Made by a program: the position numbers and the translations under genes. From Rhodanobacteraceae bacterium (lineage in GTDB: Bacteria; Pseudomonadota; Gammaproteobacteria; Xanthomonadales; SZUA-5): a DNA stretch of 64,000 bases. Under the pieces are notes generated by a model. The model saw only the letters and a list, made by a program, of their open reading frames with translations, was not told the origin of the DNA and searched no databases. The DNA lies in assembly GCA_031409855.1 (NCBI GenBank), contig JANNYA010000199.1:4697-68696 (forward strand). Reading direction: 5' to 3'. Below are positions 37,957 through 46,894 of this stretch, piece after piece (position 1 is the first letter of the stretch; every line of letters starts with the position of its first letter).

Positions 37957-39125
37957 GGCCCTGACAAAGCCTGCGCCAAATCCGCAATCAAATCATCGAC
38001 ATGCTCCAAGCCCACGGACAGTCGAAGCAAATTATCTGGCGTGGTGCTGGTTGGCCCTTCAACCGATTGCCGGTGCTCGACCAAGCTTTCGGTGCTGCCT
38101 AAACTAGTGGCATTGGTGAAAAGTTTTAAGCGACTGGCAACTTCAATTGCGCGGGCTCGATCGCCTTTGACCTGCAAGCTCAACATTCCGCCAAAGCGCC
38201 GCATTTGCTGCACAGCGATTTGATGCCCGGCATGGCTAGCTAAACCTGGGTAATGCGTTTTTTCGACGTTGGGATGCTTTTCCAAAAATGCGGCGATTTT
38301 TTCAGCGCTGTCACAATGCCATGCCAGCCTGCAGGGCAGGGTGCGGATGCCGCGTAACGTCAGCCACGCCGCGAACGGTGATGCGGTACCGCCGAGCAAT
38401 TTGCGCAGCTCAAACAAGCGTGCGCGCAGTGCGCCGTCGCGGGTGATCAAGCTGCCGCCCATGTTATCGCTGTGGCCGGATAGGTATTTTGTCGTCGAAT
38501 GCAGCACCACGTCGGCACCCAAATCCAGCGGTTTTAATAAAATAGGCGTGGCAAAGGTCGCGTCCACCACGCTTTTGGCGCCAGCGGCTTTTGCCATACC
38601 TGCGACGAATGCGACATCGGTGACTTTAATCAGCGGGTTCGACGGCGTTTCCATCCAAACCAATGCGGTCGGCTGCGTTAACGCAGCTTGCACGGCGGCG
38701 CGGTCGGTTAAATCCACCAGCACACAACGCAAGCCCATGCGCCCACCTTCATCGACAAAGAGTTTGCGGATGGCAAAGTAGGTATCGTCGGCTAAAATGA
38801 CCCGATCACCCGGCTTTAGGGTGTGCAGCATGGCCGCCGCTGCCGCTAAACCAGTGGCAAAAAACAGCGCTTCACCGCCGCCTTCCAGTACGGCTAGGGC
38901 TGTTTCAAGCTGTTCTTGCGTCGGGTTGGTGTAACGCTGATATAAATACCCATCATTGAGCGCGCTATCGGCCGGGTGCTCGAACGTCGTCGCCATGTGG
39001 ATTGGCTGACTCAGGCTTTTGGTTTGTGGGTCAACATGAAAGCCCGCGTGCACGGCTAGGGTTTCGATTTGGAGATTTGCGGATGGGCTTGCTGCTTTTG
39101 GATTAAGTAATTCAGTCATGGTCAA
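37953..39125 (-). CDS. PLP-dependent transsulfuration enzyme (cystathionine gamma-synthase/beta-lyase family)
   Basis: 390 aa. STTKYLSGHSD carries the PLP lysine, and the motifs are collinear with the Cys/Met-metabolism PLP family. Substrate specificity cannot be decided by eye. Confidence 0.9.
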   Translation of the reverse strand: MTMTELLNPKAASPSANLQIETLAVHAGFHVDPQTKSLSQPIHMATTFEHPADSALNDGYLYQRYTNPTQEQLETALAVLEGGGEALFFATGLAAAAAMLHTLKPGDRVILADDTYFAIRKLFVDEGGRMGLRCVLVDLTDRAAVQAALTQPTALVWMETPSNPLIKVTDVAFVAGMAKAAGAKSVVDATFATPILLKPLDLGADVVLHSTTKYLSGHSDNMGGSLITRDGALRARLFELRKLLGGTASPFAAWLTLRGIRTLPCRLAWHCDSAEKIAAFLEKHPNVEKTHYPGLASHAGHQIAVQQMRRFGGMLSLQVKGDRARAIEVASRLKLFTNATSLGSTESLVEHRQSVEGPTSTTPDNLLRLSVGLEHVDDLIADLAQALSGP

Positions 39126-39126
39126 A

Positions 39127-39426
39127 TCAGGCAGCTAATTTTAGGGTCAATTTTGGTTCCAGACCTGCGCGGGCAGCAAGGCGCACTAATAGGTCTAGGC
39201 TGAAGTGTTTAATCTTGCCGCGTTTCATTTCGCTGACACGAGCTTGAGTCAAGCCAAGCAAATTTGCGGCGGCTTCTTGGGTCAAGCCACTGCGGGCAAA
39301 CCACTCTTGTAATCCGATCAACGCATCCGAACGCACCGTCATTTCAGCTGCTTTGTCAGTATCAAAAATGTCGTACATCACTCCGCGCGTATCGCCTTGG
39401 GTGCAGATGGGCATTTCTGTGGTCAT
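39127..39426 (-). CDS. XRE-family HTH antitoxin (HigA-like)
   Basis: 99 aa. HTH LTQEAAANLLGLTQARVSEMKRGK. Lies downstream of a Gp49/HigB-like toxin. Confidence 0.75.
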   Translation of the reverse strand: MTTEMPICTQGDTRGVMYDIFDTDKAAEMTVRSDALIGLQEWFARSGLTQEAAANLLGLTQARVSEMKRGKIKHFSLDLLVRLAARAGLEPKLTLKLAA

Positions 39427-39446
39427 TGTTGTCTCCTCAATTTTGC

Positions 39447-39764
39447 TTAATCATCAATTTCACGCAATCGACGGCAGGCCAATTGCAGATCACGCAGCGA
39501 AGTATGCTGCGTCTTTTTTTGGAACACGTGCAGCACATAAACGGCTTCGGCACGCCTTGCCAAATAGATCACCCGAAAGGCACCGCTTTCGTCGCGAATC
39601 CTAATTTCTTCAACACCCGACCCTATGCTGGTCATTGGTTTCCAATCGCTCGGCTGCAAACCATTTTGAACCCGCCGCAGTTCGTGCCCTGCTTCGTCTT
39701 TGACATCATCTGGAAACGCTTGAATATCCGCGCGACTTGTCCCGAGCCATTTAACCACTTTCAT
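39447..39764 (-). CDS. Gp49/HigB-like RelE-superfamily toxin
   Basis: 105 aa. The strings KWLGTSRADIQAFPDDVKDEAGHELRRVQNG, FRVIYLA and VYVLHVFQKKTQ match phage-derived Gp49-like toxins. Confidence 0.75.
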   Translation of the reverse strand: MKVVKWLGTSRADIQAFPDDVKDEAGHELRRVQNGLQPSDWKPMTSIGSGVEEIRIRDESGAFRVIYLARRAEAVYVLHVFQKKTQHTSLRDLQLACRRLREIDD

Positions 39765-39878
39765 TGCCCATTGTATGCATGATCTTGCATGCGAGCAAGG
39801 ATTTGTACTTGCCCCTTGCGTGCTCGATAAACCCTGAACACACTTGGCGACCCAGCTTTATCGAACACGGATTTAGTA

Positions 39879-42512
39879 ATGCCTTTGCTGCCAACGTTGC
39901 CCGAAGAAGCCGTGCCTGTGAATGCGCAGGAATTGGCCTGGATCATTCTGAAATTTGGCGGCACCAGCGTGTCGAGCAAATCACGTTGGGACACGATTGT
40001 TGCGTTGGCGGGGAAACGGATCGCAGCAAATCAACGCGTGGTGATTGTGGTGAGTGCGCTCAGTGGCGTGACCGATCAACTCAAAGCGCTTTGCGAGGCA
40101 TTTGGCGATGACGCACGCACGGAAGTTCTGCGCGTTAGCCTACGCACGCGGCATTTAGAAATGGCGCAAAATTTGGGCTTAAGCGACGCCATGCTCACGC
40201 GCGTAGCGCAAACGCTGGAGCTGCTAGATCGGCTGTGTTTGGATACCCGAAGGCCTGCGAATCATTTTGCCTGGCAGGCCAGTGTTTTAGCGCTGGGCGA
40301 GCTGTTGAGTTCAAGTTTGGGCGAAGCGTATTTGTTGAAATCTGGGCTTGATGCCGGCTGGTTGGATGCGCGCGAATATTTGTTGAGCGTTGCAGCCCCC
40401 AATGACGGCGACTGGGGCAAATATATGTCAGCCAATTGCGCACCCAGGCCATCAGCCGAGACACGTTCCGCATTGGCGGCGCTGGCGCCCTGTTTAATCA
40501 CGCAGGGCTTTATTGCGCGTAATTTAGCGGGTGAAACGGTGATCTTGGGGCGCGGCGGTTCGGATACTTCTGCGGCCTATTTTGGCGCGCTGTTGCAGGC
40601 GCAAGCGGTGGAGATTTGGACCGATGTGCCCGGCATGTTTAGCGCCAATCCGCGCAAAGTGCCGAACGCGCGGCTGTTAAAAAAGCTAGATTTTGACGAG
40701 GCGCAAGAAATTGCGACCACCGGCGCAAAAGTGCTGCACCCGCGCTGTTTGGGCCCGGTGCGCGAGTTTTCGGTGCCGATGTGGATCAAAGACACCACGC
40801 GCCCGCATTTTTCCGGCACCTCCATTGGTGCACGGGATTTAGCGCAAAGCGCCAGCGTGAAAGCCGTTTCGGTGCGCACTGGCCTGACATTGGTCAGCAT
40901 GGAATCGCTTGGCATGTGGCAACAGGTTGGCTTTTTGGCGGACGTTTTCGTGGCCTTTAAGCGCCATGGTTTGAGTATTGATTTGATTGGTAGCTCGGAA
41001 ACCAACGTCACGATCTCGTTGGATCCGAGCAGCAATTTAATCAATGCCGACACGCTGGAATTGTTGTGCGGTGATTTGGCCTCGGTTTGCCGCGTCAAGG
41101 TCATTGCGCCGTGTGCCGCGATCACCTTGGTGGGCCGTGGAATTCGCAGCTTGATGCAGCAATTGAGTGGCGTGTGGGCCGAAATTGGCGCGGAACGCGT
41201 GCATCTGGTTACGCAGTCCTCGAACGATCTCAACATAACCTTTGTCGTCGACGAAGGCCGCGCCGAGCATTTGTTGCCCGCAGTGCACGAGGCCTTGCTG
41301 AAGGCGCGCGTGCTGCCTTTGGATGATAGCGAGGTGCTCGGGCCGGCTTGGAACGAGTTGGACGGCATATCTAGCACCGCGCATCCGCCCTGGTGGAGTG
41401 TTGCCGCAACCGAGTTAATCGAGATTGCGCAGCGGGGGCCGCGCTACGTCTATGCACGCGCCGAGATTGCGCTGCGTTTGCATGAACTCAAAGCCATGCA
41501 AGCCGTTGATGAGTGGTTTTACGCCTGCAAAGCGAATAACCACGTGGACGTTCTACGCCAGATTTTTGCTGCAGGCTTTGGCATCGAATGTGTATCAGCG
41601 GCTGAGCTTGCGCACGTGCGCGCTTCGGTGCCAGATATTGGCGCTGAACAGTTGCTATTCACGCCCAATTTTGCACCGCGCCATGAGTTTGAGAGCGCTT
41701 TCCAGCAGGGCGTACAGGTGACTTTGGACTCCAGCTACTTGTTGGAACACGCGCCAGATTTACTGCGTGGGAAAAGAATCCACTTGCGGCTCGATTTAGG
41801 ATTTGGCGATGGCCATCACGCCAAGGTCAATACCGGCGGCGAACGCTCCAAATTTGGCTTGAGCCTAGCCGAGCTGCCGAAATTTAAGGCGCTCGCGAAA
41901 GCGCTGGATGTGAAGGTCGTCGGGCTACATTCGCACTTAGGCAGCGGCATTACCGACGGTGCGCATTGGCCGCAGGTATTTTCCGAATTGGCCTCGATTG
42001 CGGAGGGTTTCCCGGGCGTGCGTGTCGTCAATTTAGGCGGTGGTTTAGGCGTGCCGTCGCGCGCGCATGAGGCGCGCTTGGATTTGGCCGCGCTCGATGC
42101 GCGCCTGGCTGAGCTAAAGCTGATGTATCCGCAGCTGAAAATTCGTATGGAACCGGGGCGTTATCCAGTCGCCGAGGCGGGTGTGCTGCTGGCACGGGTG
42201 ACGCAGGTGAAAAACAAGGGCAGGGGCACCTATATTGGCATTGACACGGGGATGAATAGCTTGATTCGCCCGGCGCTGTACGACGCTTACCACGAGATCG
42301 TCAATCTAAGCCGTTTGGGTCAGGATTTAAGTTTGAAAAACTGCACCATTGTTGGGCCAATTTGTGAGACTGGCGATGTGTTGGGCGCCTCGCGCGCGAT
42401 GACCGAGTGCTTTGAGGGTGATGTAATTTTGATTGCCGAAGCGGGCGCTTACGGCGCGGTGATGGCAAGTTCTTACAATTGCCGCTTGCCCGCAACGGAG
42501 GTGATGTTATGA
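39879..42512 (+). CDS. lysA: Bifunctional aspartate kinase / diaminopimelate decarboxylase
   Basis: N-terminal aspartokinase (AK) half (ILKFGGTSV, GRGGSDTSA, ACT-like region). C-terminal DAP-decarboxylase half (YACKANNH with the PLP Lys, GGGLGV, EPGRY, CETGD). The start is uncertain: ATG 39879 or GTG 39918. Confidence 0.92.
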   Translation: MPLLPTLPEEAVPVNAQELAWIILKFGGTSVSSKSRWDTIVALAGKRIAANQRVVIVVSALSGVTDQLKALCEAFGDDARTEVLRVSLRTRHLEMAQNLGLSDAMLTRVAQTLELLDRLCLDTRRPANHFAWQASVLALGELLSSSLGEAYLLKSGLDAGWLDAREYLLSVAAPNDGDWGKYMSANCAPRPSAETRSALAALAPCLITQGFIARNLAGETVILGRGGSDTSAAYFGALLQAQAVEIWTDVPGMFSANPRKVPNARLLKKLDFDEAQEIATTGAKVLHPRCLGPVREFSVPMWIKDTTRPHFSGTSIGARDLAQSASVKAVSVRTGLTLVSMESLGMWQQVGFLADVFVAFKRHGLSIDLIGSSETNVTISLDPSSNLINADTLELLCGDLASVCRVKVIAPCAAITLVGRGIRSLMQQLSGVWAEIGAERVHLVTQSSNDLNITFVVDEGRAEHLLPAVHEALLKARVLPLDDSEVLGPAWNELDGISSTAHPPWWSVAATELIEIAQRGPRYVYARAEIALRLHELKAMQAVDEWFYACKANNHVDVLRQIFAAGFGIECVSAAELAHVRASVPDIGAEQLLFTPNFAPRHEFESAFQQGVQVTLDSSYLLEHAPDLLRGKRIHLRLDLGFGDGHHAKVNTGGERSKFGLSLAELPKFKALAKALDVKVVGLHSHLGSGITDGAHWPQVFSELASIAEGFPGVRVVNLGGGLGVPSRAHEARLDLAALDARLAELKLMYPQLKIRMEPGRYPVAEAGVLLARVTQVKNKGRGTYIGIDTGMNSLIRPALYDAYHEIVNLSRLGQDLSLKNCTIVGPICETGDVLGASRAMTECFEGDVILIAEAGAYGAVMASSYNCRLPATEVML

Positions 42513-43894
42513 GTGCGCACGCATCGGAGCTATCAGCGATTGGGCGCGGCGTATTTCGTTTCGTTAACGCGCAATTCGTCGCGGACCCAGATTTTGCCGG
42601 CCGAACCGTGGCGCTGCACTATCAGATTTTGACAGACGATTTCGAGCGCAGCTTTGTCGAGACGGTGCAGTTCCCAGGCGCGCCCAATCCAGATGAATTT
42701 TCACCCGCTCGAAAAGCCGCGCTGGCGCGTGCGCTGCAAATTTTGCACGTGATCGCTGGTGTGAGTTATTTCAAGGCAACCAATGCGCCGACGCTAGAGT
42801 TTGCTAATCCTGGCAAGCTGGATGTTGCGCTCGCTGAGCTTGCCAATGCGGTTTATACGCAAGGTTTGGCGGAATTTTGCTACCAAAACCAAACGGAAGT
42901 TCGAGCGCGCTTTGCCCCTGATGCGCCGGAGCTGCCAAGCGCCGAATCGTTGAATTTGGAGGCGCGCGCGTTAGTGGCGATTGGCGGTGGCAAAGATTCC
43001 TTGGTCAGTATTGAGGCGCTAAAAAAAGGCCAGGTTCCCGCCTGCGCGGTATGGATAGGCAATTCGGAGCTGATTCAAAGCGTGGTCAAGGTTTCCGGCT
43101 TAGCCACGCTCAATATCAAGCGCAGCGTATCGCCCGTGCTTTTTGCGTTAAACAGCGAAGGTGCATTGAACGGCCACGTACCGGTGACCGCGATCAATTC
43201 GGCGATTTTGCTGGTGGCGGCGGTGCTTTATGGCTATCAACACATCGTTTTTAGCAATGAGGCCTCAGCCAATGCCGCCACCCTAGTGCATCAGGGTCTA
43301 GCGGTGAATCACCAGTGGAGTAAAAGCGCCGCTTTTGAGCACGCATTTGCACAGCTGGTGCATGATTCCGTCGCGGCAGATTTGCACTATTTCTCGCTGC
43401 TGCGGCCGTATCGCGAATTAGCGATCACCGCCAAATTCGCTAAATTTCAACAATACGACGCGGTGTTTTCTAGCTGCAATCGTAACTTCAAGATTTTGGC
43501 GGCAAAGCCCACGGCGCGCTGGTGCGGGCAGTGTCCAAAGTGCCACTTTGTGTTTTTGGCGTTGGCACCGTTTGTACCCAAGCCGCGCCTCCTGGCAATT
43601 TTCGGGCGCAATTTATTGGATGAGTTGGCACTCGCAGCTAATTTTGATGCCCTGATCGAATGGCAAGGGGCGCATAAGCCTTTTGAGTGTGTGGGCGAAG
43701 CGCAAGAGTCGACAGCTGCATTTGTGGCGCTTAGCGCACGCGCGGATTGGCAAGAAGATGCGTTAGTGCAGCGCTTTGCGTTGGAAATTAGGCCGCACTT
43801 ACTCAACGACTTACCGAGCTTGAGCGAACTATGCCTGCCGGATGCTCAGGTAATTCTGCCAGAGGCGTTTGCACATTTGGTGGGGGCGCTTTGA
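42509..43894 (+). CDS. PP-loop-like (GGGKDS) ATP-utilising protein of unknown function; possibly MurL-type UDP-MurNAc-L-Ala-L-Glu epimerase (hypothesis)
   Basis: ATGA overlap with the lysA-fusion stop. LVAIGGGKDSLVS resembles the SGGxDS PP-loop. There is a CxxC (CGQCPKC) in the C-terminal half. The MurL assignment comes from my memory of annotation context only. Confidence 0.5.
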   Translation: MSAHASELSAIGRGVFRFVNAQFVADPDFAGRTVALHYQILTDDFERSFVETVQFPGAPNPDEFSPARKAALARALQILHVIAGVSYFKATNAPTLEFANPGKLDVALAELANAVYTQGLAEFCYQNQTEVRARFAPDAPELPSAESLNLEARALVAIGGGKDSLVSIEALKKGQVPACAVWIGNSELIQSVVKVSGLATLNIKRSVSPVLFALNSEGALNGHVPVTAINSAILLVAAVLYGYQHIVFSNEASANAATLVHQGLAVNHQWSKSAAFEHAFAQLVHDSVAADLHYFSLLRPYRELAITAKFAKFQQYDAVFSSCNRNFKILAAKPTARWCGQCPKCHFVFLALAPFVPKPRLLAIFGRNLLDELALAANFDALIEWQGAHKPFECVGEAQESTAAFVALSARADWQEDALVQRFALEIRPHLLNDLPSLSELCLPDAQVILPEAFAHLVGAL

Positions 43895-43942
43895 ATATTG
43901 AACCATTAAACCAGGGAACGTTTGAAGTTTTCTCGAAAAAAA

Positions 43943-44054
43943 CCGTTCGCACTGAGCTTGTCGAAGTGCAGAGCCGAGACACCTCTAACGGAGTTACAGC
44001 CCCCTTCGTTAGACATTGTGCGGCTCTGCCCTTCGACAGGCTCAGGGCGAACGG
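43943..44054. repeat. REP-like long imperfect palindrome
   Basis: Arms 43943-43976 and 44021-44054 pair over 34 bp (2 mismatches, 1 G-U) around a 44-nt loop. The arm core is ccgttcgc.ctgagc.tgtcgaag. Confidence 0.8.
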
Positions 44055-44085
44055 TTCCAGTGATTTTGGGATTCGCAAAATTCTA

Positions 44086-44697
44086 ATGGCTGTTGTCGTT
44101 TTGCTTGCGTTTGCCGCGAACAGTTTTGCTGCCGGGCCGTTAAAGCCCACAAAAACAAGCGTTTTGATTTTTGGCGACTCGCTCAGCGCCGCTTATGGCT
44201 TGCGCCCCGAACAGGGCTGGCCTGCGATTGCGGCTGCGGAGTTGGCAAAGCGAAACATTACGGTGATTAATGCCAGTGTCGGGGGTGAAACCAGCGCGGG
44301 CGGGCTCAGTCGTTTACCAGAAATATTGAAGCGGCGCCGGCCCAACGTGGTGGTGCTTGCACTGGGCGCAAATGATGGCTTGCGTGGCTTGGATCCAAGT
44401 GCGATGCAGCGAAATCTAGTGGCAATGACCAAACTGGCGCAAGCCAGCAAAGCGCGCGTACTGATTGTCGGCATCCGTTTGCCACCGAATTTTGGCCCGG
44501 AATATAACCAATTGTTTGAGCAGAGCTTTGTTGAGGTTTCGCTGAAGCAAAAAACCGCGTTACTAAAGTTTCTACTTGAACCGATTGCCGGGGATCGCAG
44601 CGCATTTCAAGCCGATCAGCTGCACCCCACTGCGGGCGCACAGCCTAAAATTTGGGCGCATGTGCGGGCGGCGCTGCTGCCTTTGATTAAGAATTAG
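44086..44697 (+). CDS. tesA: SGNH/GDSL arylesterase-thioesterase (TesA-like), secreted
   Basis: Start set at MAVVVLLAFAANSFAA (signal peptide). Contains FGDSLSAAYG (the GDSL Ser), GANDG and DQLHPT (D-x-x-H). Confidence 0.88.
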   Translation: MAVVVLLAFAANSFAAGPLKPTKTSVLIFGDSLSAAYGLRPEQGWPAIAAAELAKRNITVINASVGGETSAGGLSRLPEILKRRRPNVVVLALGANDGLRGLDPSAMQRNLVAMTKLAQASKARVLIVGIRLPPNFGPEYNQLFEQSFVEVSLKQKTALLKFLLEPIAGDRSAFQADQLHPTAGAQPKIWAHVRAALLPLIKN

Positions 44698-44733
44698 CTT
44701 GTTTGCAGCGTGGTATCATATACAATACCAAAC

Positions 44734-45153
44734 ATGTCGAAGCCTGCTCTCATTTTAGATACCAATGTTCTAGTAGCAGGCTTGAAGTCGCGTCGCGGCG
44801 CATCATTCAAGCTTTTGTCCCTAATTGACAGTGGGTTGTTTACTTTGCATCTGTCAGTGCCTTTGGCCTTCGAGTACGAGGATGTACTAAATCGCTCGGA
44901 TCTAGGTATCTCAGTTCCAGACAGTGAAGCGCTATTAGATTTTATTTGCAGTATCGCTATCCATCAGCCAATTTTTTATCTATGGCGACCGTATTTGAAA
45001 GATGCAAAAGACGATATGGTTTTAGAAGCGGCAGTGGCAGCACAGGCAAGCCATATTGTTACGTTTAATACCAAAGACTTTGCGGGAATCGGGCGTTTTG
45101 GTATCCAAGCGCTCTGGCCTGCGGATTTTTTAATTCAACTCGGAGTCTCGTGA
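44734..45153 (+). CDS. PIN-domain toxin
   Basis: LILDTNVLVAG carries the first acidic residue; MVLEAAVAA and ..IVTFNTKDF follow. The size is typical of stand-alone PIN toxins. Confidence 0.75.
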   Translation: MSKPALILDTNVLVAGLKSRRGASFKLLSLIDSGLFTLHLSVPLAFEYEDVLNRSDLGISVPDSEALLDFICSIAIHQPIFYLWRPYLKDAKDDMVLEAAVAAQASHIVTFNTKDFAGIGRFGIQALWPADFLIQLGVS

Positions 45154-45181
45154 TAAGCGAGCAGTCAAATAAGGCGGATCA

Positions 45182-45433
45182 ATGAGCACCATGAGCTTGC
45201 GCTTACCAGAGTCAATTCATCAGCGTCTAAAAGAGTGGGCGCAAAAAGACGACACATCGATTAATCAATTTATAACTACCGCAGTCGCAGAAAAATTGGC
45301 CGCGCTATCCACGCTGGATTACCTGGCATCAAGGGCACAACGGGCGAATAAAGAAAATTTTGACGCCATTTTGGCGCGCGTCCCTGATGTCGAAGTGCCA
45401 CTAGAAGATGTTTGGCCAGCACTGCGACGGTAA
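45182..45433 (+). CDS. Ribbon-helix-helix antitoxin (Arc/CopG/HicB-like)
   Basis: MSLRLPESIHQRLKEWAQKDDTSINQFITTAVAEKL is a classic RHH N-terminus. It starts 28 nt after the PIN gene. Confidence 0.7.
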   Translation: MSTMSLRLPESIHQRLKEWAQKDDTSINQFITTAVAEKLAALSTLDYLASRAQRANKENFDAILARVPDVEVPLEDVWPALRR

Positions 45434-45559
45434 CATTTCTAGTTATTGCAATAGCTGCGAAGTTTGGGTTAGGAACCCGTGAAATATTATCTGAATCATT
45501 GTATCTAGCGCGCTTATCAGCGATCTTAGCGAATACGGTTTTTTCGAAGGGGCAAAATC

Positions 45560-46873
45560 ATGAGCCAGTGGCATTACCTCAACGCACAGCGCCAAACCAT
45601 GGGCCCCTACGAAAGCGCGCAAATTGCCGAGCTCCTCCAGCGTGGGCAAATTGATGGTGATACCCAAATTTGGTACCCAGGCTGGCCGAATTGGGCGCCG
45701 CTTTCTTTGGCGTGGCAATCGATTGGCTTGGCCAGCGCACCGCCGATGCGCGCAAATATGCCGTTGCCTAATTCACCAAGCGGAGCCCCTGGCGGCGCGG
45801 TGCTGGCGCCTGGGCAAAATCCATGGTCTTTGGGCGGCTTTGCCGGGCGCGTGACTGATTTCGTCGGCTTGGATCGCATCGAAGGCTTCAGCTTTAAGGA
45901 TATGTCGTCCTCGGTATTTAAAAAGTATGGCGATGAAACCATCGAGGCGTATTTTTCGGTTGGCTTAAAGGAAACGACGCCGCCCTTGGAACAAGTCACC
46001 ACCAAGTGGCCGAAGCCCTGGATGTTTGCGCGTATGTTGGCGCTTTCACTCATTTTGTATGTTGGGTTTTATGTGTCGGTCGAAGTCATGGGCGCGATAG
46101 TGGCTTTACCTGCGTTGATTATTACCGGCTCGTTTGCGGTGCCGCTGGCAACCTTGATTTTCTTTTTTGAGATGAATGCACCGCAAAACGTTTCACTGTA
46201 TCAAGTGATGAAGCTGGTGACTTTGGGCGGTGTGCTGTCGATTTTATTTTCGTTGATTTTGTTTAGCACCACGCAATTGGATCAAATCATTGGCGCGCCC
46301 GCAGCGGGCTTGATCGAGGAAGCCGGAAAGTTGGCGGCGGTAATCGTATTGACGCGCAAGCTTGATCCGCAGCGCTACCCGTATGTCACCAATGGCCTGT
46401 TGTTTGGTGCCGCCGTGGGTACTGGGTTTGCCGCGTTCGAGTCGGCGGGCTATGCCATGAACGCGGTATTGGAAACCCAAAGCACGGCTTCGGCAAATTT
46501 CAGCATAATCTTGCGCGGTTTGCTCGCACCGTTTGGCCATATTGCCTGGACCGCGATCACTGCGGGTGCGCTGTGGTCGGTGAAAGGGCCGAATAAATTT
46601 AGCATTTCGATGCTGTTCCACAAGCGCGTGATGACCTTGGTTGCTTGTTCGATGGCGCTACATTTCACCTGGAATACCAATTTTACCGGGCCGTTTCTAC
46701 TGAAATTTTGGGTGCTGGGCTTCATTGCCTGGGTGCTAGTTTTCGCGCTGCTGCAGCAGGGGCTAAAGCAAGTTCGCTCAGCGCGCACCGTGACCCACAC
46801 GATGACGCGTGGGCTTTCGGTGGCAGAAGTGCAGGAAGCGCTAAGGGCTCGGGTGGGGCAGATTGGGCGGTAG
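45560..46873 (+). CDS. GYF_2-domain / PrsW-family intramembrane protease fusion
   Basis: N-terminus QWHYLNAQRQTMGPYESAQIAELLQRGQIDGDTQIWYPGWPNWAPL (GYF_2/DUF4339 pattern). Membrane domain with the PrsW motifs LIEEAGKLAAV, GFAAFESAGY and FGHIAWTAIT. Confidence 0.8.
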   Translation: MSQWHYLNAQRQTMGPYESAQIAELLQRGQIDGDTQIWYPGWPNWAPLSLAWQSIGLASAPPMRANMPLPNSPSGAPGGAVLAPGQNPWSLGGFAGRVTDFVGLDRIEGFSFKDMSSSVFKKYGDETIEAYFSVGLKETTPPLEQVTTKWPKPWMFARMLALSLILYVGFYVSVEVMGAIVALPALIITGSFAVPLATLIFFFEMNAPQNVSLYQVMKLVTLGGVLSILFSLILFSTTQLDQIIGAPAAGLIEEAGKLAAVIVLTRKLDPQRYPYVTNGLLFGAAVGTGFAAFESAGYAMNAVLETQSTASANFSIILRGLLAPFGHIAWTAITAGALWSVKGPNKFSISMLFHKRVMTLVACSMALHFTWNTNFTGPFLLKFWVLGFIAWVLVFALLQQGLKQVRSARTVTHTMTRGLSVAEVQEALRARVGQIGR

Positions 46874-46894
46874 CTCTCAGGAGACACGGAAAGC

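Noticed and set aside
40577-41377. 266-aa minus-strand ORF inside the lysC-lysA fusion, and similar ones at 41037-41384, 19330-19851, 20734-21225, 33523-34089, 34659-35090 and 10753-11241
   Set aside because: All are antisense to genes with strong family motifs. These are typical long open frames in GC-rich coding DNA.
43803-44150. 115-aa minus-strand ORF, and the 85-codon N-terminal extension of the tesA-like ORF (43831-44085)
   Set aside because: Both are generated by the REP palindrome (..SLSKG.. / ..FDRLRANG..). The esterase has a proper signal peptide starting at ATG 44086.
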